NCBI RefSeq assembly: GCF_004353825.1
Contig: NZ_SMNA01000020.1
Coordinates: forward strand, 1-41,592
From: Occultella glacieicola
GTDB taxonomy: Bacteria; Actinomycetota; Actinomycetes; Actinomycetales; Beutenbergiaceae
DNA: 41,592 bases
Direction: 5' to 3'
A program made the position numbers and the translations under genes. Shown one piece after another: positions 27,334 through 35,185 of the stretch (within the stretch, counting starts at the first letter, position 1; each line of letters opens with the position of its first letter). Below the pieces are notes generated by a model that was given only the letters and a program-made list of their open reading frames with translations, had not been told where the DNA came from and did not search any database.

Positions 27334-28227
27334 ATGGCCCGCAAGATCAAGAACACCAAGAGCACCGAAGAACGCCAGGCCGAAGCCGCCGCACTACACG
27401 CCTTGATCGTGGATCAGGTCGAGATCCTGCGTGACTCCGAGGCATGGACCCGCTTCCTCGACTTCGCCCAGGCATTCCACCGCTACAGCATCAACAACTT
27501 GTTGTTGATCCTCGCTCAGAAGCCCCACGCAACCCACGTCGCCGGCTACGGGACGTGGCAGAAGCTCGGACGCCAGGTCCGCAAAGGAGAAGGCGGCCCC
27601 AACGCCATCCGGATCTACGGCGGCCGCGACATCGTGACCACCGAGGAAGACGCGAACACCGGCGAGCAGAAGGAGCAACGCCGAACACGGTTCTTCCCCG
27701 TGTCGGTGTTCGACATCTCCCAGACCGAGGCCAAGGACCCCGAGGCCGAGGAGCCCGGCACCATCGCCCGCCGCCTCACCGGGGACGACCCGCTAGGCAT
27801 CGCGGACGCGGTCACCGACTACCTCACCGACCGTGGGTGGACCGTCGAGCGCGAGCCGATCCCCGGCGAAACCAACGGCTACACCACCACCGACGGCACC
27901 CGCCGCGTCGTCATCGACGCAAACCTCTCCCCCGCACAGGCTGCCAAGACCGCCCTGCACGAAGCCGCGCACGTCATCATGCACGCCGACCAGGACCCGG
28001 CCGAGATCGCACAGCACCGAGGCATCAAAGAGACAGAAGCCGAGAGCGTCGCCTACATCGTGGCCGGGATCCACGAACTCGACACCAGCGCCTACAGCAT
28101 CGGCTACGTCGCCCGATGGAGCAACGCAGACGCCGAGACCATCAAGGAGACCGCCTCACGCGTGCTGCGCACCGCACACACCCTCGCCGAAGCCATCACC
28201 GAACCGGCCCAAACCGAAGCCGCCTGA
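27334..28227 (+). CDS. ardC: ArdC-like antirestriction protein (ssDNA-binding domain plus zincin metallopeptidase)
   Basis: YSINNLLLI..Q...VAGYGTWQKLGRQVRKGE, VFDISQT, HEAAH and ETEAESVAY. Confidence 0.88.
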   Translation: MARKIKNTKSTEERQAEAAALHALIVDQVEILRDSEAWTRFLDFAQAFHRYSINNLLLILAQKPHATHVAGYGTWQKLGRQVRKGEGGPNAIRIYGGRDIVTTEEDANTGEQKEQRRTRFFPVSVFDISQTEAKDPEAEEPGTIARRLTGDDPLGIADAVTDYLTDRGWTVEREPIPGETNGYTTTDGTRRVVIDANLSPAQAAKTALHEAAHVIMHADQDPAEIAQHRGIKETEAESVAYIVAGIHELDTSAYSIGYVARWSNADAETIKETASRVLRTAHTLAEAITEPAQTEAA

Positions 28228-28240
28228 CGATGTCGGCATT

Positions 28241-28276
28241 ACACACAACACCCGTAATGCGTGCAACACACACAAC
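28241..28276 (+). repeat. 9-bp repeat array (4 units) before the RBS
   Basis: acacacaac|acccgtaat|gcgtgcaac|acacacaac|aggagg. Confidence 0.75.
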
Positions 28277-28286
28277 AGGAGGAGCC

Positions 28287-28547
28287 ATGCTCACCACCGA
28301 CCAGATCATCGAGCGCATGCGAAGCAACCGGCTCGGCCGGGCCTACCTCGCCGAACATGGCGCCGGCCCCGGGGGAGAGCGCTTCGCCGCCTGGCTCTTC
28401 GAACTCGACGCGCGCCTGGCCCGCACCCTGCGCATCGCACGAGGGCACCAGCAGCTCGCCGACCGCGACTGGCTCGCCGAGTTCGAGGCCGGCACCGCTC
28501 CAGCCCAAGCAGCAACGAACGCCCTCAGCGAAGAGTTCGGCCCTTGA
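28287..28547 (+). CDS. Hypothetical protein (86 aa)
   Basis: AGGAGG RBS; MLTTDQIIERM...LADRDWLAEFEAG. Confidence 0.75.
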   Translation: MLTTDQIIERMRSNRLGRAYLAEHGAGPGGERFAAWLFELDARLARTLRIARGHQQLADRDWLAEFEAGTAPAQAATNALSEEFGP

Positions 28548-28615
28548 AGCGCCCCACCGGCGGTCGGGTGGCCTGAACAAGGACCAAGGCCCGGCGGCCT
28601 CGCCGCCGTGGCGGA

Positions 28616-28805
28616 ACCGGCCCGGTGGGCCGGTGCTGTGTCTTCTCGGTGGCTACGCCCCCGCCATCCGGCCTTTGAGGATCCATCACGGACCGTCCGC
28701 GCGGTCAAGGGCGCCTGCGGCGTCACTACGTGATCGAGCTGCGCTCGACCCTGGACAGCACTACCGGCCGCAACGGCTGCCTCCGGCTATCGGAAGTAAC
28801 GGGGG
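28616..28805 (+). promoter_or_regulatory. Frpo/ssi-like ssDNA hairpin element, copy C, upstream of the nrdH-like gene
   Basis: Same core: gtcaagggcgcctgcggcgtcactacgtgatcgagctgcgctcgaccctggacag. Confidence 0.8.
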
Positions 28806-28850
28806 AGGAGAAGCGGCCCACCCCAACCACACATCCCGTAGGAGGTCGCC

Positions 28851-29072
28851 ATGATCACCATCTACACCAGGCCGAACTGCCAAGCCTGCCGCCTCACACG
28901 CGGCCCGCTCGATCGCGAAGGAATCACTTACTCTGTCGTGAACCTCGACGAACACCCCGACGTCGCCGAGCAGCTGCGCGAAGCCGGACATCAAGCCCTA
29001 CCCGTCGTCGTCACCGAGACCCACACCTGGGCCGGCTTCCAACCCGACAAGATTCGGCAACTCACACGATAG
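28851..29072 (+). CDS. nrdH: NrdH-like glutaredoxin (CQAC)
   Basis: ITIYTRPNCQAC...LPVV...WAGFQPD; AGGAGG RBS. Confidence 0.88.
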   Translation: MITIYTRPNCQACRLTRGPLDREGITYSVVNLDEHPDVAEQLREAGHQALPVVVTETHTWAGFQPDKIRQLTR

Positions 29073-29074
29073 AT

Positions 29075-29155
29075 ACGCGCAACGCACGCAATGCACTCGC
29101 CACGCGGGACACGCGCAACACAAGCATTGTGTGTAACCCAAGCAACGCACATAAT
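29075..29155 (+). repeat. 9-bp repeat array (9 phased units); candidate centromere/operator over the ssb-parA promoter
   Basis: acgcgcaac|gcacgcaat|gcactcgcc|acgcgggac|acgcgcaac|acaagcatt|gtgtgtaac|ccaagcaac|gcacataat, ending in a CATAAT -10-like box. Confidence 0.72.
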
Positions 29156-29221
29156 GAAGGTACGGGGGCAGGCCGTGACACCGCGGTCAGCTCGGAACGG
29201 ACACCGAGAAGGGGAGACACC

Positions 29222-29602
29222 ATGAGCACCATCACCATCGCCGGGAACCTCACCGAGGATCCCACCATCCGCTACACGCCGAGCGGGCGCGCGGTCGCCA
29301 ACCTACGCGTGCTAGAGAACACCGGACACTACGACCGCGACGCCGGCAAGTGGGTCGAAGACCCCGAGCCAAACGCATTCAACGTGACCGTCTGGGGCGA
29401 CCAGGCCGAGAACGTCGCGGAGTCCCTACACAAGGGCGACGCCGTCGTCGGATACGGCACGATCACCACCAACTCCTACGAGACCGCACAGGGCGAACGA
29501 CGCACCAGCCAGGTCATCACCGCAGATGTCATCGGAGCGAGCCTCAGGCGCGCCACAGCGACCGTGACCCGCAAGCCACGCAAGAGCGAGAACCAGGACT
29601 GA
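29222..29602 (+). CDS. ssb: Single-stranded DNA-binding protein (short, without acidic tail)
   Basis: ITIAGNLTEDP.IRYTPSG.AVAN...VWGDQAENVAESLHKGD. Confidence 0.93.
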   Translation: MSTITIAGNLTEDPTIRYTPSGRAVANLRVLENTGHYDRDAGKWVEDPEPNAFNVTVWGDQAENVAESLHKGDAVVGYGTITTNSYETAQGERRTSQVITADVIGASLRRATATVTRKPRKSENQD

Positions 29603-29607
29603 CACGT

Positions 29608-29646
29608 CCCCGGGGCGGAGGCGAACACACACCCTCCGCCCCGGGG
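29608..29646 (+). terminator. Hairpin after ssb
   Basis: ccccggggcggagg...cctccgccccgggg. Confidence 0.55.
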
Positions 29647-29675
29647 CGCACCACCCACGAGACAGGAGCACCAAC

Positions 29676-30461
29676 ATGACGCATCCGCTCGTCGCGGCCA
29701 TCTGCAACCAGAAAGGGGGAGTCGGCAAGACCACCGAGACCTTCCACCTGGCTCGAGCGGCAGCCCGAGCGGGCCGCCGAACGCTCGTCATCGACGCTGA
29801 CCCCCAGGGCAACCTCACCACCGTCCTCAGCGCCGAACCGCTGCCCGAAGACAGCGTCGGCCTGGCCGACGTCCTCTCAGCACGGTCCCGCGAGGGCATC
29901 AGTGACGTCACGGTGCCCACCGTGTGGGAAGGCGTCGACCTGGTCCCGACCGTCGGCTCCACCCTCGAGCTCGTCCGAGACGAACTCGTCACCGCCGGCG
30001 CCGGACGCGAGGGGCGCTTACGCAGCGCAATCGAGACGGTGGGGGAGCGGTACGACCTGGTCCTCATCGACTGCCCGCCCAGCCTGGACCAACTGACGAT
30101 CAACGCACTCGCCGCCTCAGAGGTGGTCGTTGTCGTCAGCGAATCCAAACTGCTGTCCGCCGAAGGCATCGCGAAACTCACCCGCACCGTGGAGACCGTG
30201 CGCGAACATTACGCACCAACGCTGCGGATCGCCGGCGTCGTCATCAACAAGCACGAGGACCGCACCATCGGTGGGCGCGAATGGTTCGAACAGATCGCCA
30301 GCGCGCTGCCGATGATCGAGCCCGCGGTGCCCAAGCGGGCTGCGATCGCCGATTCGCTCGAGGCCGCCACGGGCCTGGACCAGTGGCCCTCACGGCGATC
30401 CGAAGAGCTCGTCGTCATCTACGACCAACACCTCGCAACGATCGAAGGAGTTAAGCCATGA
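29676..30461 (+). CDS. parA: ParA partition ATPase (type Ib)
   Basis: NQKGGVGKTT, IDADPQGN and IDCPPSL; no N-terminal HTH. Confidence 0.95.
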   Translation: MTHPLVAAICNQKGGVGKTTETFHLARAAARAGRRTLVIDADPQGNLTTVLSAEPLPEDSVGLADVLSARSREGISDVTVPTVWEGVDLVPTVGSTLELVRDELVTAGAGREGRLRSAIETVGERYDLVLIDCPPSLDQLTINALAASEVVVVVSESKLLSAEGIAKLTRTVETVREHYAPTLRIAGVVINKHEDRTIGGREWFEQIASALPMIEPAVPKRAAIADSLEAATGLDQWPSRRSEELVVIYDQHLATIEGVKP

Positions 30462-30829
30462 CCAGGCCAGCACGGCGGACCTCGAGCCTGGGCACCGCCC
30501 ACCCCGCGGCGCCGTCCCCGATCGAGTCCGTCCCGGCACCCGCAACCCCGCCAACGGAGGCGCCCACGAAGAAGAGCGAACCGGCGCCCGAGGGCGGTAA
30601 GAAGAAGCGGGCGAACACCGCCACGTTCTACGTCGACCCCGAGATCGTCGCCAGGGCGCGGGGAGCCTACCGCTACACCCAGGGCCCGGAGGGATACCGG
30701 TCCTTCAGTGACTTCATCGTCCGGGCACTGGAGGCCGAAACCGCCCGCGTCGAGGCCAAGTACAACGACGGCCGACCCTTCGACGCGCTGGAAGCCGGGA
30801 CCCTCTCCCCGGGACCGCAAGCCAACTAA
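30458..30829 (+). CDS. parB: Small centromere-binding ParB (type Ib, RHH-like C-terminus)
   Basis: Coupled to parA; flexible N-terminus, then TFYV...SFSDFIVRALEAE...YNDGRPF. Confidence 0.8.
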   Translation: MTRPARRTSSLGTAHPAAPSPIESVPAPATPPTEAPTKKSEPAPEGGKKKRANTATFYVDPEIVARARGAYRYTQGPEGYRSFSDFIVRALEAETARVEAKYNDGRPFDALEAGTLSPGPQAN

Positions 30830-30860
30830 AAAGCGAACGACCGGGGGGAGGGATACGTCA

Positions 30861-31154
30861 GTGTTCACCGCGATCGTGTACAGCACTCCCGAGTGCATGC
30901 CATGCAAGATGACCTACCGCGCGCTCGACAAGGCCGGCATCACCTACCGGATTGTCGACGTCGCCGAAGACGCCGCTGCGCGTGAATACGTCACCGACGA
31001 GCTCGGCTACAGCCAAGCCCCCGTGGTCGTCATCGATGACCAGGACCACTGGAGCGGATTCCGCCCAGATCAGATCAGCCGCATCGCACAAGCCAACAGG
31101 ACACCGGCGAGCGGAACGAGTGTCACACCCACCCGGAAGGATCAGCAGACATGA
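30861..31154 (+). CDS. nrdH: Second NrdH-like glutaredoxin (CMPC)
   Basis: VYSTPECMPCKMTYRALD...GYSQAPVV...HWSGFRPD; GGAGG RBS. Confidence 0.9.
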   Translation: MFTAIVYSTPECMPCKMTYRALDKAGITYRIVDVAEDAAAREYVTDELGYSQAPVVVIDDQDHWSGFRPDQISRIAQANRTPASGTSVTPTRKDQQT

Positions 31155-31519
31155 GCCCTGAGGACGACGTCACCCAACTCGCTGACCAGGCCTACGAGGC
31201 GATCCGTGGGCTCAACCACGCCACGATCACCACCGCCTACCCGGCGCCGACCGTCTACAACGTCCTCGGCAATCTCAGCCACGCCGGCGGGCACGGCCTA
31301 CAACAAGCCCTCACCCAGATCGCCGGAGGGCTCAGGCGCTCGCTCGAGGAGTACGACGTCCACCAGGACGACGGAAGCGATCCGGCCATCGCAGTGGAGG
31401 AGGCGGCACAGCACCTCCAACAGGCCTCCGAGCTGGCCCGCGAGGTCGGCCGACTCATCGACCAAGCCCAGGCGGCCATCAGCCGGCAGAGCTACCGCCC
31501 ACAGGACGGCGCGGAGTAG
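31151..31519 (+). CDS. Hypothetical helical protein
   Basis: ATGA-coupled; EAIRGLNHAT...YNVLGNL. Confidence 0.78.
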   Translation: MSPEDDVTQLADQAYEAIRGLNHATITTAYPAPTVYNVLGNLSHAGGHGLQQALTQIAGGLRRSLEEYDVHQDDGSDPAIAVEEAAQHLQQASELAREVGRLIDQAQAAISRQSYRPQDGAE

Positions 31520-31521
31520 TC

Positions 31522-31932
31522 ATGGATCTATACCACCGCACCACGGAGGAAGCAGCACGTGCGATTCTGGCGAGCGGACGATTCCTCACCCGCGAGAACA
31601 CCCCCGAGGCGTTCGCCTCAACACACTTCGACAGCGAGGCCGCAGCCGGCTACGGCGACGCCGTCGTGCACGTGCGCGTCGACGATGTCGACGCGCAACT
31701 CGACGACGAGTTCCCGGACGGCGAGCAGCACTACCGGATCCCGCTCGATCGCGCTGAGATCATCGACGCATTCACTATTGCGGAGGACGGCACCCGCGTC
31801 CCTCTTGCCGGCGCCGTGACGGACGCCAGGGAGGCATCATTCCCGACGCCACCTCAGACCCGCACCGTCACGGCGAACGCTGCACGGCCCGCGGCCGCGC
31901 AGCCCAATCGCGGGCCGCAACTGAGCCGATGA
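31522..31932 (+). CDS. Hypothetical protein with an ADP-ribosyltransferase-like signature
   Basis: LYHRT...ARAILASGRF, FAST, YG and EQH; lies within the operon. Confidence 0.65.
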   Translation: MDLYHRTTEEAARAILASGRFLTRENTPEAFASTHFDSEAAAGYGDAVVHVRVDDVDAQLDDEFPDGEQHYRIPLDRAEIIDAFTIAEDGTRVPLAGAVTDAREASFPTPPQTRTVTANAARPAAAQPNRGPQLSR

Positions 31933-32453
31933 CACGCCCGCCGGCGCTGGAGGGTCTGCCGAGTCCACGCGCACGCGACTGTGTGCGGTTCGTCTGGTGG
32001 GCTCAGCGAGGCTACTGGCACGGCGTACGCAAAGGCCGCGGCTTGGGACGGGCGCTCTCGCTCGTGCTGGCGGTCCTGTGGTGGCCGGCAGTGCCGCTCC
32101 TGCTCCCGGTGCAGCTCGTGCTCGTCGCCCGCCCGCGCGCGAGGTACTACATGAGCCCAGAGCGAGACGCAGTACTCGCCATCGTTGCTACGCGCCACGG
32201 CTGGCATGTCGAGGACCACGCCACCACGCAGGCTGGCACAGGTCGAGGGCGCGCGCTCCGGTCCCTCGTGCTCCCTGGGTTGGTGGCGATCGCGGACGAG
32301 CAGCAAGTGGCGATTCTCGCCACCGCAGCGACATCCGACCTGGCGGCCGCGTACGTGGCCGAGCTGCCGGGACTCGTCGACGCGGGCCGCGGATGGCCAC
32401 GTGGCCGGCGCCTGCGCCGCAGTCCCCTTGGGCGGCCCGGTGTAAACCCCTGA
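31929..32453 (+). CDS. Hypothetical protein with a hydrophobic segment and GNAT-like C-terminus
   Basis: ATGA-coupled; QAGTGRGRAL resembles the acetyl-CoA motif Q/RxxGxG. Confidence 0.6.
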   Translation: MTRPPALEGLPSPRARDCVRFVWWAQRGYWHGVRKGRGLGRALSLVLAVLWWPAVPLLLPVQLVLVARPRARYYMSPERDAVLAIVATRHGWHVEDHATTQAGTGRGRALRSLVLPGLVAIADEQQVAILATAATSDLAAAYVAELPGLVDAGRGWPRGRRLRRSPLGRPGVNP

Positions 32454-32573
32454 GAACTGAGGCGCGGAGAACGACGAAGTTCGCACCCGGTGGCAGCCCC
32501 TCACTCATCCGCACGAGTGGCTCCGAGGGCAACAGACGGTTGACCTCAGAGTTCAGGTCGTCGGCCTCGACTG

Positions 32574-33713
32574 TCAGAAGAGGGACACGTAGCCGAACTC
32601 CGCGATGGACTGGATCAGATGCTGAAAGCCCTCGACATCTTCCAGGCGGTGCGAGATGGAGAAGAGGGCCTCCTCGTTGCCGCTTGCTCGGTCCGCCTCG
32701 AAAAGGTCGTCGAGGACGCCCGGGGCGTCCTCGCCCGCCAGGTAGAGAAAGATCGCGGCGGCCCAGAACCGGTTGGAATCCGGAAGGGCACGATCGAGCG
32801 CCGCCTTGAATAGCTTTGGCTGGAGGTCCTGGTCTAGCGCAAGTACGTGAAAGACGGTCTGGCCGATACTGCCGCGGGTGATGCCGGTCTCGTCCACCTC
32901 GTCGAGGAGTGCGGCGATATCGATTGCGGTCCACCGGCACCTCTCCCGGACGGTAGTGCTCACCTGCTCCGGAATCCAGTTCTGCTTCGTCCAGAACACG
33001 TCCGGGTGTGGTGTTGTCATGGCAAGTACTACGACCGCCAAGCGGCGGCAAGCTTTCGGTAAGCGATGGAAGAGAGCAGCGAGAAGGAGAAACGCAGTCG
33101 CATCGTGACGACCAACGGCGGACGTATCCGCGATACCGACCTCGACGGTCTCGGCGTCCTCTGCGAGAAGGGCAGCCGCTGGCGAGCCACTTCGACGGCG
33201 TAACGAGGTCCTGGCGGCGTCCAGAAACGGCGAGATGTCGACGTCCAAGCGGTTCTCCGCTGGGACCGGTACAGATGGTTTGCCATAGGGGCCAGGAATG
33301 ACCGGTGACAGATAGGCATCGCCGGCCAACGTGGCCGCCTGAGAAAGGTCAACCCACCTGAGCGCGTCGTCTTCCGGGTCGTGGACCGCCCCGAAGAAGG
33401 GAACCGTGCTCTCACGCCACAGTCTGAAGTCTGCAGCCGCACCAGGCACGACCCACTGCCCCTCGTGACGGAAGCTCGTCCCAGACTTCACCTGGACGCA
33501 GATTACTCCGCCGGTGACGTCCGTCCCATCCACGATGTCCACGAATGCATCGCGCCCGATGTCGTTCTCGGTCTCGACGCGCTGCACGACGAGGTTGGCG
33601 GCCTCGAGAATGGCTTCGAGCCGCCTGTAGCCAGCCCTTCCGCGCGCCCGAGTCGGGCGCGATTGCTTGCGCGGACCACGGTCGTCGTCGATGCTGCCTA
33701 CCTCATGATTCAC
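32574..33713 (-). CDS. DUF4365 (PD-(D/E)XK-like) domain protein with helical C-terminus
   Basis: ENDIGRDAFVD...CVQVKSG. Confidence 0.8.
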   Translation of the reverse strand: MNHEVGSIDDDRGPRKQSRPTRARGRAGYRRLEAILEAANLVVQRVETENDIGRDAFVDIVDGTDVTGGVICVQVKSGTSFRHEGQWVVPGAAADFRLWRESTVPFFGAVHDPEDDALRWVDLSQAATLAGDAYLSPVIPGPYGKPSVPVPAENRLDVDISPFLDAARTSLRRRSGSPAAALLAEDAETVEVGIADTSAVGRHDATAFLLLAALFHRLPKACRRLAVVVLAMTTPHPDVFWTKQNWIPEQVSTTVRERCRWTAIDIAALLDEVDETGITRGSIGQTVFHVLALDQDLQPKLFKAALDRALPDSNRFWAAAIFLYLAGEDAPGVLDDLFEADRASGNEEALFSISHRLEDVEGFQHLIQSIAEFGYVSLF

Positions 33714-33854
33714 CTGTGTAGCGTCGCACTTGCCGGGGACGGCACGGCCAAAACGGCGCGACCACTGTCCCGCGAATGGGTGCGGCCCGCTCTGCCGACT
33801 CGTGCGCGACTACCCCGGGAAGGGGGAGTTTCGTTGCCACCGCCCGGCGGATCC

Positions 33855-34157
33855 CTACTCGACTTGAAAGTGCCCGTCTCGTTCAGATGCCGCGCGCGAA
33901 CTGGATGCGCGGTGCCTCAACCGCCTCCGCAGCTGACTCTTGAACCGTCGTTGCGCAGTCTCAATCATCACGAACCGTGGGTCGTTCGCGCTCTCGAAGT
34001 AGGAGTTCTCAGCGGCGTCGCGGCCGCAGTCGACATCGATGAGCCGAGCCAGGCTTTCCCGCATCGGCGGTCCGTCAGAGAACTGCCTGGCCCATGCGGC
34101 CTTCGGCGCCTCCGGCTCGATCCCTCCTTCGGTCATGAACCCAAGTGTGAACCCCAA
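33855..34157 (-). CDS. Possible hypothetical protein or remnant
   Basis: The first about 70 aa look protein-like and the tail is Arg-rich; no family recognised. Confidence 0.3.
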   Translation of the reverse strand: MGFTLGFMTEGGIEPEAPKAAWARQFSDGPPMRESLARLIDVDCGRDAAENSYFESANDPRFVMIETAQRRFKSQLRRRLRHRASSSRAASERDGHFQVE

Positions 34158-34385
34158 GCAACCGCGACCGCCAGCCCCGCTTCCGCGACCGGTACGTCAT
34201 GGCCCGGCCAGCCCACAATCGATCGTTATCGGGCCAGAGCTCGACGGTGCGTACTCCGAGGTCGGCATGCCGTCTTCAGGTGACCGAAACCTCTGACCGA
34301 AACTTGTTCGCCCGAAATCTGACCCCTGAGCCTTTTCGGGAAGCCTCGCGAGGGTAGACACGCTGCAGGTGCTCAGGCGACCCCG

Positions 34386-34976
34386 TCACTCGTTGCCCTG
34401 CGTGACGCCGGCGCGCTGGACTGCCCGGTAGACGGTGGAGCGGCCGACGTTGAACAGCTCGGCCAGTTCGAGCGTGGTGTGCTCGCCGGCGCGCACCAAG
34501 GAGACCAAGTGTGCTTCCTGGCGGGGCGTGAGCTTGGGCTTCTTGCCTCGCAGCCGGCCCTTCGCCTTCGCGACGGCCATGCCCTCGCGGGTGCGGGCAC
34601 GGATCAGGTCGGCCTCGAACTCGGCCACCATCGCCAAGACGTTGAACAGCAGCCGGCCAACGGGATCGGTGGGGTCGTGAACGGAGCCCCCGAGCTGTAG
34701 GCGGACGCCGCTGGCGGTCAGTTCGGCAACGATGTCACGCGCGTCAGGAACCGAGCGGGCAAGCCGATCGAGTTTGGTCACGACGAGGGTGTCGCCGGAC
34801 CGGCATGCGGCCAGGGCCTCGCGCAGGCCAGGACGGGCTCGCGTGGTGCCGGTCAGGCCATGGTCGACGTAGATGCGATCGGCCGGCACACCGAGGGCTT
34901 CCAGGCCGATGCGTTGGGCTGTGAGGTCTTGTTCGTTGGTAGAGACGCGGGCGTAGCCGATCTTGAGTTCACTCAC
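34386..34976 (-). CDS. Serine recombinase (resolvase) with C-terminal HTH
   Basis: IGYARVST, VTKLDRLARS, EFEADLIRART and VGRSTVYR. Confidence 0.95.
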   Translation of the reverse strand: MSELKIGYARVSTNEQDLTAQRIGLEALGVPADRIYVDHGLTGTTRARPGLREALAACRSGDTLVVTKLDRLARSVPDARDIVAELTASGVRLQLGGSVHDPTDPVGRLLFNVLAMVAEFEADLIRARTREGMAVAKAKGRLRGKKPKLTPRQEAHLVSLVRAGEHTTLELAELFNVGRSTVYRAVQRAGVTQGNE

Positions 34977-34984
34977 TCCTCAAG

Positions 34985-35115
34985 TGTCGCCGGTTAGGGC
35001 CCCTTCACCGGGCATTTTCGCGGGCGGGTCTTACGGGACGATCCCTTCCGCGTAGATGCTGACACAGAGCGGGCGCCATACAGCGTCCCGGTGAAGGTTC
35101 GGCATACGGGACAGC
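34985..35115. other. Putative res site
   Basis: Inverted repeat ccttcaccggg (35002) / cccggtgaagg (35087) and repeated tacgggac, directly upstream of the resolvase. Confidence 0.6.
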
Positions 35116-35185
35116 AAATCACCGCACATCGGCCCAGAGCGAGGTTAAGTCCACACAGGCTCCCGGGGACCCGCTACGGCAGGTC

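Noticed and set aside
25403..28805. Repeats as a CRISPR array or as MITE/IS ends
   Set aside because: The units are about 200 bp and separated by whole genes. There are no spacers, cas genes, transposase or target-site duplications.
34281..34303. Direct repeat tgaccgaaac x2
   Set aside because: Only two 10-bp copies, with no assignable context. It could be a remnant binding site.
34386..34976. Tn3-family transposon
   Set aside because: Only a resolvase and a res-like site are present; I found no TnpA or 38-bp inverted repeats.
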